64,000 nt of DNA from Candidatus Omnitrophota bacterium (lineage in GTDB: Bacteria > Omnitrophota > Omnitrophia > Omnitrophales > Aquincolibacteriaceae), in contig PLLJ01000011.1 in the NCBI GenBank assembly GCA_003140935.1, positions 2,634-66,633 on the forward strand, read 5' to 3'. A program made the translations under genes and the position numbers. Positions 11,339 through 21,028 of the stretch are shown one piece after another. The notes under the pieces are model-generated. The model ran no database searches, was not told where the DNA came from, and saw only the letters and a program-made list of their open reading frames with translations. Position 1 is the stretch's first letter; each line of letters begins with the position of its first letter.

Positions 11339-12493
11339 TCAGTGAAATGCTGTCTCGATAACATGGCGGTTCTCGTGCCACCACCCATTCAACTCTTTGG
11401 GGAAATATTTCATCGGTTTTTTTATAAGTTCACGGGTCGTCATGAGCGTCCGGTAGGGCCACTTCCCGATACGATCCTGCACCCGCCTCGCCAAGACCTC
11501 CAGCTCCGTCGAGGTGTTCGCCCGGACCATCGTATAAAGCGAGTACGGAAACTCGGTAAAGACCGGCCGCCGGTCCGCATAAAGCACTTCGCGGAATCCC
11601 GCGATCTCGGATCCTATACGCTCGAGCTTCTCTTCCGGAATCTGCCAAACCACTAAGGCCTTTGCACTCGAAAGAAATGTTTCGGGTTTTAGAAAACTCC
11701 CGATCCTTTTGAGATACCCTTTTTTTGCCAGTGTCTTTATACGTTCCAATGCTTGATCTTCCGAGATCCCGAGATCCGCGGCAATCTTCCGGTAAGGTTC
11801 GTCCGTAAGCGGAAACGGCTCCTGTAATTGTCGGATCATCTCGATCTCTTCCGCCGAAGGCCCATCCTTAAGCGAGGCTTCCGCGAGAGCTTGATGCTCC
11901 GGGCCGATCCGTGCTATCAAATCGGGAGATCTTACGGCTCGCCGTCTCTCAAAGTGCTCATCCATGGCCGGATATGTTCCCGCATCCAAAGAGCTCAAAA
12001 GGTCCGTTCCCTTGAACACCTTGCGCACGGGCAAGAATAAAGTCCTCTGAAAGCCCGCAAGTTTTTCAAAGCATCTGACATGCAACTCCAGGTCATGATC
12101 CGCCGGAGCCGTGATAAAGAACCAGAGATTGTACCCGTGTTCGCGCTCGCAACCATAGACCACGCCCGGATGCCGCCCAAAAACCTCCGCGCAGGATTCG
12201 AGTACGCCAGAACTGAGTTGCGCGCAAGGCCCATCCTTCGGCACAGCTTGGGCAGGAGCCTGATACTCGGGCCCGGCCTGTACTGCGACCCAGGCGCTCT
12301 GATAATGAAATGCGCGCGGGTTCAGAATGGCCTTGATTCCTGCGAAAATCCCTTCTTTTTTGAGACGCTGGATACGAACCAGAAGTTCCGCGCTGTCCGT
12401 GCCAATCTTCGCGGACAAAACATCGAAAGGCCGCAAAGTCAAAGAAAGCCCGTTTTGGAGATGGCTCAAAAGAAGACGGTCTTTTTCATCCAT
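11339..12493 (-). CDS. fused siroheme decarboxylase AhbA/AhbB-like protein (tandem AsnC/Lrp-type NirD/NirL-like domains)
   Basis: Two repeated halves each starting with D..D..LL..LQ.G.PL..RPF...G.SE.E.L.R...L...G.I.R, the signature of NirDLGH/AhbAB. Confidence 0.6.
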   Translation of the reverse strand: MDEKDRLLLSHLQNGLSLTLRPFDVLSAKIGTDSAELLVRIQRLKKEGIFAGIKAILNPRAFHYQSAWVAVQAGPEYQAPAQAVPKDGPCAQLSSGVLESCAEVFGRHPGVVYGCEREHGYNLWFFITAPADHDLELHVRCFEKLAGFQRTLFLPVRKVFKGTDLLSSLDAGTYPAMDEHFERRRAVRSPDLIARIGPEHQALAEASLKDGPSAEEIEMIRQLQEPFPLTDEPYRKIAADLGISEDQALERIKTLAKKGYLKRIGSFLKPETFLSSAKALVVWQIPEEKLERIGSEIAGFREVLYADRRPVFTEFPYSLYTMVRANTSTELEVLARRVQDRIGKWPYRTLMTTRELIKKPMKYFPKELNGWWHENRHVIETAFH

Positions 12494-12624
12494 AGGAGCT
12501 ATTGTTCAGGACCTCCGGAAGGTTCGTTCAACGCCTGGAAGCATGATAACCGAGGGAGCGGGATTTGTCCATCAACGCAAGTCGCACTGAAAGAAGTAAA
12601 AGTTAGAAGGTCTTTGAAGAGAAT

Positions 12625-12936
12625 TTAGAGCGCCGCTAGAGCCGCATACTTGGCGTAAGGAGCGCCCCCGCGGGCGACATCCACCACCCCGCCCACCACC
12701 CCCGTCACGGTCTGAACCGTCCCGCGAATCGCTCCTGTCACGAGCCCGAATGGGAACATCACCCGTCCGGAATCCTGAAGCATAGCTTTCGGAATAGCGA
12801 ACACACCCCCCAAGATTTTGCCGGCTCCGCGCGAGGCGTAGGCGACATCCTCACCCAATTGGGCGTAGACAGGGAAAGACGCGAACAATATGCCAAGGAC
12901 CAGCAGGAGAACCAAGAAGGTTTTGAGTATTTTCAT
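12625..12936 (-). CDS. small exported Gly/Val-rich hypothetical protein
   Basis: Signal peptide MKILKTFLVLLLVLGILFASFPVYA followed by G/V-rich 75 aa. Confidence 0.5.
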   Translation of the reverse strand: MKILKTFLVLLLVLGILFASFPVYAQLGEDVAYASRGAGKILGGVFAIPKAMLQDSGRVMFPFGLVTGAIRGTVQTVTGVVGGVVDVARGGAPYAKYAALAAL

Positions 12937-13009
12937 CGTTAATGACCCTCTCCCACGATCGGCATTAAAGATTTGAACTTTCGCGGATTTTGGCTATGAT
13001 AACGCACCT

Positions 13010-13927
13010 ATGAAAGACATTCTCGTAACGGGCGGTTCCGGCTTTATCGGCTCGAACATCGTCCTTGAACTCCAATCTCGCTTTCCTGAAGCCCGCATCA
13101 CGGTTTTGGAGGATTTCCGCAGTTCCTGTTTTAAGAACCTCCTTGGCTTTAAGGGCGACCTGCTGGCTTACGACTGTTCAGACAGGGCCTGGATGAACTG
13201 GGCCAAGGGCAAAAAGCTTGACATAATCTACCATATGGCCGCTATCACGGACACGACTATCCTCGATGAGCAAAAGATGATGTTTGATAATGTCGAAGGC
13301 TTTCGTAATGTCCTCGACCTTGCCGTCGAGAAGAAAGCCGCCGTGGTCTATGCCTCCTCCGCCGCGACTTACGGCTCGATCGACCGGCCCATCAAAGAAT
13401 CTGACGCGGGTCATCCCAACAATATCTATGGCTACTCCAAATGGATCATGGACCAGCTTGCTCCCTCCTATTATGACAAGACCAAGGTGGTCGGACTGCG
13501 GTTCTTCAACGTCTTCGGCCCGCGGGAATATTACAAGGGACACGCTGCCAGCATGATCTACCAGCTCGCGCTCAAAATGATGGAGGGCCACCGCCCCCGC
13601 ATTTTCAAATGGGGTGAACAAAAGCGCGATCATATTTATGTCAAAGATGTCGTGACGGCCACGCTTATGGCGCACAAGGCCAAGGTGTCCACCGTTATGA
13701 ACCTTGGCACCGGCCAGGCCACTTCCTTCAATGAGATCGTGGATGCGCTCAATGAAGCGCTCGGGACAAATCACAAGCCCGATTACTTCGACAATCCCTA
13801 CAGTTTTTATCAGAACTTCACGCAGGCGGACATGAGCCACCATGAGAAAATGACGGGCTTTCGTTGCCGCTACACCACTCGAGAAGGCATCCTCGATTAC
13901 GTCCGGAACTACCTTCTTAAAAAATAA
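13010..13927 (+). CDS. hldD: ADP-L-glycero-D-manno-heptose 6-epimerase-like NAD-dependent epimerase
   Basis: VTGGSGFIGSNIV Rossmann N-term, YGYSK catalytic motif, GLRFFNVFGPREYYKGHAASM loop typical of HldD/RfaD. Confidence 0.75.
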   Translation: MKDILVTGGSGFIGSNIVLELQSRFPEARITVLEDFRSSCFKNLLGFKGDLLAYDCSDRAWMNWAKGKKLDIIYHMAAITDTTILDEQKMMFDNVEGFRNVLDLAVEKKAAVVYASSAATYGSIDRPIKESDAGHPNNIYGYSKWIMDQLAPSYYDKTKVVGLRFFNVFGPREYYKGHAASMIYQLALKMMEGHRPRIFKWGEQKRDHIYVKDVVTATLMAHKAKVSTVMNLGTGQATSFNEIVDALNEALGTNHKPDYFDNPYSFYQNFTQADMSHHEKMTGFRCRYTTREGILDYVRNYLLKK

Positions 13928-14040
13928 ACCCTGCTATTGGACGACGGGTCTCATGAAAAATCCGCCATCCTTTTTTTCATCTTTCTTCGGCCCCCTCCCG
14001 CCCCCCGTCCTTGTTCTGCTTGCCAAAACAAGGGAATTCG

Positions 14041-14134
14041 CTAGACTATCCTTGCCTAAAATTTTTCCCTAGATGGTTGGCAAGGATTGCCCCAATTTCA
14101 GATTTTCTGAAATTGATAAGAATTGGGACTAAAG
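14041..14134 (+). repeat. 95-nt hairpin-containing repeat element, copy A (gene-proximal end 3 nt before the AI-2E transporter ATG)
   Basis: GACTATCCTTGCC...GGTTGGCAAGGATTGCCCCAATTTCAGAttttCTGAAATTGATAAGAATTGGGACTAAAG; perfect 10-bp hairpin CAATTTCAGA/TCTGAAATTG; matches copies B, C, D in reverse complement. Confidence 0.85.
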
Positions 14135-14136
14135 CC

Positions 14137-15189
14137 ATGAAACGCGAGCAATTTATCTCTTTTTTCTTCATTGGCATCCTGGGTTTTATTGTCTACGAGG
14201 TTTTTAATATTTTCGCGCCGTTTTTCACGGCTATTTTCTGGGCGGCGATCCTCGCATTCGCATTTTATCCTCTCTATGAAAAACTGCGCAAATGGTTCCC
14301 TAAACGGAATAATTCCATCGCGCTCCTTATGACGCTCGCCGTGTTCCTCATCGTCGTCCCGCCGCTCATTTATGTCATCATCAACATGACCACCCAGGTC
14401 ATCGAATTTTCCCAGTGGGCTTACGGCTACGTTCGTGATGGAAAATTGGAACAGCTGGTCGAACAGGTCCGGACGCATCCCTGGTTCCAGAACATCCAGA
14501 CCCACATCTTCGCGTCACAAACGCTCAAAGAAAGCTTGTCTTCGTGGTCCCTCGGAACCATCAAGACTCTCGGAAATCTCGCCGCGACTCAGGCCGGGAC
14601 TTTTACCAAGAATATCTTCTTTGTCATTTTGAATGTTTTCTTCATGTCCTTCCTGACCTTCATTTTTTTTAAACATGGGGAAAGGATCTACAATTTCATT
14701 TACGAGATCGCGCCGTTCGAGAAAGAGACCAAAAAGGCTCTTTTCAAACAAATCCATGAAACGTTTGTCGCAGTCATCCGGGGACAACTCCTGACCAGCA
14801 TCACGCAGGCGGCCGTGGCGGGCATCATTTTCACAGCTTTGGGGGTCCCACTCCCGCTTTTTTTCACATTCCTGATCTTCCTGACCTCGCTCATCCCAAT
14901 CCTCGGCGCGGCAAGTGTGTGGTTTCCGATCGCAGTTTATCTTTTGATCATGCATCTCTATGGCAAGGCGATCGTTCTTTTCGTGCTGGGTTTTTTCGGG
15001 ATCAGCCTCATTGATAATTTCATGAAACCGGCCATCATCGGAGAGAGGACCAAACTTCCTTATTTTCTTCTTTTTTTTGGGATCATGGGCGGGATGAAAT
15101 TTTACGGCTTGATGGGGATCTTCCTGGCACCGGTAGTGCTCTCGATCTTCTTCGCCTTGATCAAGATCTACCGCGAGAAATACGTCTGA
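14137..15189 (+). CDS. AI-2E family transporter (PerM/YhhT-like permease)
   Basis: ~350 aa polytopic membrane protein with AI-2E family topology; table ORF over-extends through the repeat, true start MKREQF at 14137. Confidence 0.85.
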   Translation: MKREQFISFFFIGILGFIVYEVFNIFAPFFTAIFWAAILAFAFYPLYEKLRKWFPKRNNSIALLMTLAVFLIVVPPLIYVIINMTTQVIEFSQWAYGYVRDGKLEQLVEQVRTHPWFQNIQTHIFASQTLKESLSSWSLGTIKTLGNLAATQAGTFTKNIFFVILNVFFMSFLTFIFFKHGERIYNFIYEIAPFEKETKKALFKQIHETFVAVIRGQLLTSITQAAVAGIIFTALGVPLPLFFTFLIFLTSLIPILGAASVWFPIAVYLLIMHLYGKAIVLFVLGFFGISLIDNFMKPAIIGERTKLPYFLLFFGIMGGMKFYGLMGIFLAPVVLSIFFALIKIYREKYV

Positions 15190-15264
15190 TCTTTCAGTAT
15201 ATTCTTCCTTTTTAAGGCCCCGCCCCGTCCGGCAGGCAAGGCGACCTGAGGAATCGACCCTTCC

Positions 15265-16401
15265 CTAATCTCCGAGGATCTTTGTCTCCTGACCGATCTG
15301 AATGCCTTTCATCAGAGATTGAATATCTTCCGGTGACGGACTTGCAGCAATGGCGGTTTCTTGGCTGATCCGTCCAGCCTTCCAAAGCTCCAAAAGCGAC
15401 TGGTCCATCGTCTGCATTCCTTCTTCGCGAGCATTGCGGATCGCTTGCGGGATCTTGTCGATCTTTTTCTCGAGGATCAGCTGCTTGATCGTATAATTTC
15501 CCAGAAGCACCTCGCTCGCAGGCACGAGTGTTTTCCCGTCCTTAGCCCCTAGAAGTTTCTGGACCATAATGCAGGACATGTTGGCCGCAAAATAACGCAA
15601 GACCGCGTCTCTCTCCTGGGGAGGGAAAAACCCGAGAACGCGATCAAAAACCTGGCTCGCGGACTGGGCGTGAACGGTGGAGATCACAAGTCTGCCTACC
15701 TCGGCTGAGGAAAGTGCGAAACTGAAGGATTCCGCGTCTCGCATCTCACCGATGACGATCACGTCGGGGGACTGACGCACCATGTATTTCAGGGCCGAAC
15801 CAAAACTTTCTGCATCGCGTCCGATCTCGCGCTGCTGAATGAGACACTTTTTGTCTTCGTGCATATATTCAATAGGATCTTCGATCGTGAGAATATGTTT
15901 TTGGACACTTTCGTTCATGGTCCGGATCATAGCCGAAACTGTGGTGGTCTTCCCGGAAGAGACCGTTCCCCCGATCAAAACAATGCCGGATTTTTCGAGT
16001 GCGACCCTTTTTAGGATGGGCGGTAGCCCGAGCTCCTCGAAACTCGGAATGCCTCTCCATAGCAACCGGAACACCAGGGAGATATCCCCCTGCTGGAAGA
16101 ATGCATTGGCCCGAAAACGGCAGTCCTTTTCGCGAAAGGAGAAACCGAAATCCACGCTTTTGTTTTTTTGAAGAATCTCCTTCTGCGTGGGATCCAGAAG
16201 CCCGCCCACAAGTTCACGGATCTCTACTGCAGAAGGTGCCTTCAAGTTTAACGATAGCAACTGCCCTCCAAGGCGCATACGAGGGGACGAACCCGCCTTT
16301 AAAAAAACATCCTGTCCCCTTTGTTCAATGACCTTTTCAAGGCAGGATTTCAAGAAAGCATTCGTATCCATGAGACTCCTTTCATGCTGCGCATCTTTCA
16401 A
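15265..16401 (-). CDS. pilT: type IV pilus retraction ATPase PilT-like
   Basis: Walker A GGTVSSGKTTT, Asp box, His box typical of PilT/PilU secretion ATPases. Confidence 0.85.
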   Translation of the reverse strand: MKDAQHERSLMDTNAFLKSCLEKVIEQRGQDVFLKAGSSPRMRLGGQLLSLNLKAPSAVEIRELVGGLLDPTQKEILQKNKSVDFGFSFREKDCRFRANAFFQQGDISLVFRLLWRGIPSFEELGLPPILKRVALEKSGIVLIGGTVSSGKTTTVSAMIRTMNESVQKHILTIEDPIEYMHEDKKCLIQQREIGRDAESFGSALKYMVRQSPDVIVIGEMRDAESFSFALSSAEVGRLVISTVHAQSASQVFDRVLGFFPPQERDAVLRYFAANMSCIMVQKLLGAKDGKTLVPASEVLLGNYTIKQLILEKKIDKIPQAIRNAREEGMQTMDQSLLELWKAGRISQETAIAASPSPEDIQSLMKGIQIGQETKILGD

Positions 16402-16549
16402 AACTGTAATTCATTTTAACAGTCTGACAAGGGCACTGCAATAGCCCTTTCGCCCTTGAGGGAAAATAGATTTCCTTTTTATATCTAACTTGGCTATCAT
16501 AATAACATTCCTGTTTAAAGAGGCACGTGAATTTCTGAGGGCGCGCAAC

Positions 16550-17932
16550 ATGAGGATCACGGAGAAGACCCCGGCGGAAGAGATCTACAAAAAAGCCTAC
16601 CACCTCTACCAATTCCGCATCCTCACGATTCTCTTCCTCATTCCTCTTTATGTCTTGACCTGCAAATGGGGAAATTTCACGATCGAAAATCTTTGGTCGC
16701 TTTATGGCGTGATCGCGGTCGAGCTTTTCGTCAACCGCCCTTACAAGGTTTTTTTTCGCGATTCACGATCGGGGACCCAAGCCCTGATTGGTTCGGTTGG
16801 TATCGATTTTTTGGCAGAAACCGCCGCCCTGCATCTTTTGGGGAACGTCGATCTTTTCATTTTTACTTCCTGTTTCTTCATCTCCATCGTTTACTGCGCA
16901 TTGAATCTCCCGACCATCCTGACCCTGCAAATGGCCACACTCGCTTCGGCCCTGTATGCGGGGCTGATCGTTCTCGGACGTTTTCATATCATCCCCAACA
17001 CCGTCTCGCTCGGACCCGACTTGAATCAGGTCCAAGAAACCGCCATCATCTTCCGGCACATCGCTTTTTTCTACCTGATTGCGATTTTCATAAGTTTCCT
17101 GTCTTCCGCTCTCATGAAAAAGGACGAGCGTCTCGAGGAGCTCCTTCGGGAACTCCGGAGAACGAGCGATAAGGTCAAGTACGCTTATCATATACAGACT
17201 GATTATTTCGCCCGTATGAGTCACGAGATCCGGGCGCCGCTGAACTCGATCCTGGGCTTTTCCCAGCTCTTACTCGAAAACCCGACCGAACCGCTCACAG
17301 AAAAACAAAAAGATTTTCTCTCCCGTGTCGAGCGAAGCGCCAAACATCTTCGCGAACTGATCAATGATGTTCTCGATCTGTCAAAGATCGAGTCCAAAAA
17401 AGCGAGCCTGGAACTCCACGAGATCGAGCTTGTTAAGATCATCCATACAGCCATCGAAGTTTTTAATGAAGAAGCCCTCACGAAACGTCTGCTCTTGGGG
17501 TTTACAAAAAAACCGCTCAATCTCCGAATCATGGCGGACGAACTCAAGATCAGACAGGTGCTTTACAATCTCATTTCCAACTCCATCAAATTCACCCATC
17601 AAGGTTTTGTCTCTATTGCCTTGGAGAAAGAGACCGATGGCGGAGCAAGGATCATGGTGGAAGATTCGGGGCCCGGAATTGCCTCACAAGATCAAGCGGC
17701 TATCTTCCAGCCTTATGAGGTGACAGGGCGAACGATTGATAAGGGCGGCGGGAAGGGAACAGGATTGGGACTTGCCATCAGCAAAAAATTAGTGGAGATG
17801 CACGGCGGAAAGATCTGGGTCGAAAGTGAGCCCGGAAGAGGAGCCCGGTTCATTGTCACGCTCCCGCCGGTACCTCCGACGCCGAAGCCCGAGGGAAATG
17901 CCTTGCCAGCAGACCCCGCCGCGACCGATTAG
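16550..17932 (+). CDS. membrane sensor histidine kinase (HisKA + HATPase_c)
   Basis: N-terminal TM helices; H-box HEIRAPLNSILGF; N, G1, G2 boxes (DSGPGI, GGGKGTGLGLAISK); start at ATG 16550 with GAGGG RBS. Confidence 0.8.
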   Translation: MRITEKTPAEEIYKKAYHLYQFRILTILFLIPLYVLTCKWGNFTIENLWSLYGVIAVELFVNRPYKVFFRDSRSGTQALIGSVGIDFLAETAALHLLGNVDLFIFTSCFFISIVYCALNLPTILTLQMATLASALYAGLIVLGRFHIIPNTVSLGPDLNQVQETAIIFRHIAFFYLIAIFISFLSSALMKKDERLEELLRELRRTSDKVKYAYHIQTDYFARMSHEIRAPLNSILGFSQLLLENPTEPLTEKQKDFLSRVERSAKHLRELINDVLDLSKIESKKASLELHEIELVKIIHTAIEVFNEEALTKRLLLGFTKKPLNLRIMADELKIRQVLYNLISNSIKFTHQGFVSIALEKETDGGARIMVEDSGPGIASQDQAAIFQPYEVTGRTIDKGGGKGTGLGLAISKKLVEMHGGKIWVESEPGRGARFIVTLPPVPPTPKPEGNALPADPAATD

Positions 17933-17950
17933 TGCCGCTCTCCGGCAGTG

Positions 17951-18262
17951 CTAGACTTTTTTCATCCCTTCGCAGTAATGTTGACTTCTTTCCGTTTTCC
18001 AGTTCAAGGGAAAATCGCGGCACTGCGTGGGTCTTGCAGCATAGACCGTACAACCGGTTGGCCCAAGAAAGAGACACGTTTCATCCGGATTTTTTTTAAG
18101 CACAAGATGCTGCCGATCCATGAGAAGGCAATACGTCTCCGTGAACGGGTAAATGTCCATCTCAAGACACGCGGCAAGGCGTTCGACATCTCCCTTTTTA
18201 AGATAGACAAACCCGGGTTGCCTGCAACAGGCACTGCAGCGCTGGCATTGGAAGGTAGGCAT
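17951..18262 (-). CDS. YkgJ-family Cys-cluster (Zn/Fe-binding) protein
   Basis: FQCQRCSACCRQ...CLFLGPTGCTVYAARPTQCRDFP pattern of the YkgJ/UPF0153 family; start placed at internal ATG to avoid overlap with upstream gene. Confidence 0.6.
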   Translation of the reverse strand: MPTFQCQRCSACCRQPGFVYLKKGDVERLAACLEMDIYPFTETYCLLMDRQHLVLKKNPDETCLFLGPTGCTVYAARPTQCRDFPLNWKTERSQHYCEGMKKV

Positions 18263-18350
18263 GAGAAAAGGGACTCGCCCCTCGGGATTCGTCTGGGTTT
18301 CTCGCTTTTTACGAGTCCCTAGTCCCGAGGAACAAGTCCCTCTTGATGGT

Positions 18351-18692
18351 TTATTTTGAAAGCTGTTGTTCGACGAAATCACCGACCACGGGTAGTTTGT
18401 AACGCTCACCTTTATAGGCCTTCACCATCAACACGATCCAGAGCACGATGCTTAGGGGCCAGAGAAGCAGGTTGGCCAGGACTCCCAGAACCGGAATGAA
18501 CCCGATGACCAAAGTGATGATGAAAAGACCGAGAAACGTCACGAGAGACTGCATCGCGTGGAAACGCACGAATGCATTTTTTTGCTCAAGCAACAGAAAA
18601 ACAAGCCCCGTGAGCCATCCCAAAGCATAGCAGAGAAGCCCTTCGAGATTTTCCGTGACACCCAAAACCGTATTTTTATTTTCGTCTGCCAT
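18351..18692 (-). CDS. DUF4870-family small membrane protein
   Basis: FHAMQS motif and 3 TM helices typical of DUF4870. Confidence 0.7.
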   Translation of the reverse strand: MADENKNTVLGVTENLEGLLCYALGWLTGLVFLLLEQKNAFVRFHAMQSLVTFLGLFIITLVIGFIPVLGVLANLLLWPLSIVLWIVLMVKAYKGERYKLPVVGDFVEQQLSK

Positions 18693-18711
18693 CTGGAACC
18701 CCCCTTATTTT

Positions 18712-18872
18712 TAGTCCCAATTCTTATCAATTTCAGAGAATCAGAAATTGGGGCCATCTTTGTCCCAACCTTGTAAAAAACTCAAAGGTGGTTGGGACTA
18801 TACTGATTACCACTCATTTTAAATAAAAATCAGTATGTCTACCATTTGAGAAAAAAAGCCGAGACAAGGATA
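18712..18872 (-). repeat. repeat element copy B with ~70-nt internal insertion (gene-proximal end 19 nt upstream of DUF4870 ATG)
   Basis: TAGTCCCAATTCTTATCAATTTCAGAgaaTCAGAAATTGGGGCCATCTTTGTCCCAACC...GGTTGGGACTATA...GACAAGGATAG; flanking inverted ends TAGTCCCAA / TTGGGACTA. Confidence 0.8.
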
Positions 18873-19063
18873 GAAGTTCATTGTGGAATATTGTACCTTA
18901 CTTCCAGGAAAAAACGATACCCTTCTTTCTCTGACAAGATTAAAATAAGCCCGGTTTCGCCGACAATGTTCCACACCCGTTGTAAATATTAGACTTATAT
19001 ATGATGCACCGGATGTGGCAAGGGCGGCTACTTGCCCCCTGCATCCCAAAAAAGGAGACTGTT

Positions 19064-19459
19064 ATGCCTACCGTTTTCACCAAAATCCTTGCGGGAGAAA
19101 TTCCCGCCCACAAGATCCTCGAAAACGACGAATATCTCGCGTTCCTCGATATCCGTCCCATAAATCCCGGCCACACGCTCGTCATTCCAAAACAAGAGAT
19201 CGATTATATCTTTGATATTGAAGACGACCTTTTAAAGGGGCTCGTCGTCTTCGCTAAGAAGGTCGCCAAGGCCCTTGGCAAGACCATCCCCTGTAAGAAG
19301 GTCGGCGTAATGGTCGCAGGGTTGGAAGTCCCTCACGCCCACATTCATCTGATCCCGATCATAGAAAGTCTTGCTGAGCTTAATTTCGCGCGCGCAAAAG
19401 CCATGCCCCAGGAAGAACTTGCCGTGATCGCTGCCAAGATGCGGGCAAATCTAAAGTAG
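19064..19459 (+). CDS. HIT-family (histidine triad) nucleotide hydrolase
   Basis: HAHIHLIP histidine triad; GGAG RBS before ATG 19064. Confidence 0.85.
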   Translation: MPTVFTKILAGEIPAHKILENDEYLAFLDIRPINPGHTLVIPKQEIDYIFDIEDDLLKGLVVFAKKVAKALGKTIPCKKVGVMVAGLEVPHAHIHLIPIIESLAELNFARAKAMPQEELAVIAAKMRANLK

Positions 19460-19461
19460 GT

Positions 19462-20058
19462 TCAGGCGGTTTTCAGGAAAGCTGAGAGAAGTTCGCGGTA
19501 GGTGTGCGTGACCGGAAATCTCGGAAATTGGCGAACGATCTTCTCGGGAGGACGAAAGAGTATCCCATGGTCGGCGGTCCGGAGCATGGCGATGTCGTTA
19601 TAGGAATCCCCCGCGGCGACAACCTTGAACCCGAGACCTTGGATCCCCCGCACAGCTTCTTTCTTGCCATTTTTTTGACGTAAATGGTAATTCGCAATAA
19701 AACCTTTGGGGTTCACCGAAAGCCAATTGCAAAAAAGGGTCGGGTATCCCATTTTTTTCATCATCGGTCCGGCAAATTCGTAATAAGTGTCGGAAAGAAT
19801 GATGACCTGATATCTTTTCTGGAGTTTTCGCAAGAATTCCTTCGCCCCCGGGAGTGGGTTCATGCGCTTGATCACAGCCTGAATATCGCAAAGCTTGATC
19901 CCTTCTTTCTTCAGGATCGCAAGCCGGTAGCGCATGAGCTTATCGTAGTCAGGTTCATCGCGCGTGGTGATCTCCAGCGCTTGGATGCCGGTCTTCCTTG
20001 CGACGTTGATCCATATCTCCGGGATCAACACGCCTTCCAGATCAAGACAACAGATCAT
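19462..20058 (-). CDS. thrH: phosphoserine phosphatase / homoserine phosphotransferase ThrH-like (HAD family)
   Basis: MICCLDLEGVLIPEIW...AAGDSYND near-collinear with ThrH. Confidence 0.8.
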   Translation of the reverse strand: MICCLDLEGVLIPEIWINVARKTGIQALEITTRDEPDYDKLMRYRLAILKKEGIKLCDIQAVIKRMNPLPGAKEFLRKLQKRYQVIILSDTYYEFAGPMMKKMGYPTLFCNWLSVNPKGFIANYHLRQKNGKKEAVRGIQGLGFKVVAAGDSYNDIAMLRTADHGILFRPPEKIVRQFPRFPVTHTYRELLSAFLKTA

Positions 20059-20176
20059 GTTTTACTCCTCCGATCGGTTCGAGGCGGGAATTATATCCGA
20101 ACGCGGAATCTTTGAGAAACAATCTTTTGCTGCATCTCAATGCGGACGATTGATAATCCCCATGTAAGGGCGCGTG

Positions 20177-20965
20177 CTATGCAAAATGGTTCACGGGACC
20201 CATACCCTGCCCGATGCCGGGACCCGTGCGAATGGCGCGTGTAATGAACTTTTTGGCGAGCGTGATCGCTGAAAAAAGGTCCTTTCCTTTGGCGAGCTCG
20301 GCGGTAATAGCCGCAGAATATGTGCAGCCGGTCCCATGCGTTTGCTGTGTCCTGATCCGGGGAGCTTTGAATCTATGGATCTGACCTTCTCGCCATAAAA
20401 GATCCATGGCTTCCCCCGGAAGATGGCCACCCTTGACAAGCACCGCTTGAGGACCGAATCCTGCGATGATCCGTGCGGCTTTTTCCATGGACTCCGGATC
20501 ACGAACCTTGATCCCGCTCAAAACTCCGGCTTCACCAAGATTGGGCGTGATCAAAGCGGCATAAGGCAGCAGTTCTTTGATGAAAATATGAACATCGCTT
20601 CGCTTGAAAAGCGGCGCACCGTGTTTGCTCACCATGACCGGATCCACCACGAGTGGAAACCGGAATTTTCTGGCCGCCCTCGCGACCGCCCGGAGAACCT
20701 TTGCATCCCCCAGCGCTCCCGTCTTGGCCGCTTGAGGCGGGATGTCCGTAAGCACGGCTTCGAGTTGGCGAATCACTTGGGTGGGTTTCATTACGTAAAC
20801 GGCCTGGATGCCGCGTGTGTTCTGAGCTGTGAGAAGCGTGATCACCGCCATTCCGTAGACCTTATGCTGGTGAAAGGTCTTGAGATCGGCTTGAATGCCA
20901 GCTCCGCCTGAAGGATCGGAACCGGCGATGGAAAGCGCCCTCGGAATTACTTGTGTCGCGTTCAT
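20177..20965 (-). CDS. thiD: hydroxymethylpyrimidine/phosphomethylpyrimidine kinase
   Basis: SIAGSDPSGGAGIQADLKTF and GTGCTYSAAI ribokinase-family motifs of ThiD. Confidence 0.9.
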   Translation of the reverse strand: MNATQVIPRALSIAGSDPSGGAGIQADLKTFHQHKVYGMAVITLLTAQNTRGIQAVYVMKPTQVIRQLEAVLTDIPPQAAKTGALGDAKVLRAVARAARKFRFPLVVDPVMVSKHGAPLFKRSDVHIFIKELLPYAALITPNLGEAGVLSGIKVRDPESMEKAARIIAGFGPQAVLVKGGHLPGEAMDLLWREGQIHRFKAPRIRTQQTHGTGCTYSAAITAELAKGKDLFSAITLAKKFITRAIRTGPGIGQGMGPVNHFA

Positions 20966-21028
20966 TTTTTAGGGGATCGTGGTATGGTGGGCATCCTCGA
21001 TGGAAGTCATAAATTCCATGGGGATACT

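Noticed and set aside
13928-14040. Hairpin CCTTGTT-11nt-AACAAGG after hldD
   Set aside because: No following T-run; may simply be part of the adjacent repeat-element flank
14041-14134. Sigma-54 -24/-12 promoter inside the repeat (TTGGCAAGGATTGCC)
   Set aside because: GG-to-GC spacing is 10 nt instead of the strict 12 nt of TGGCAC-N5-TTGC; no rpoN seen in the conserved rpoN position either
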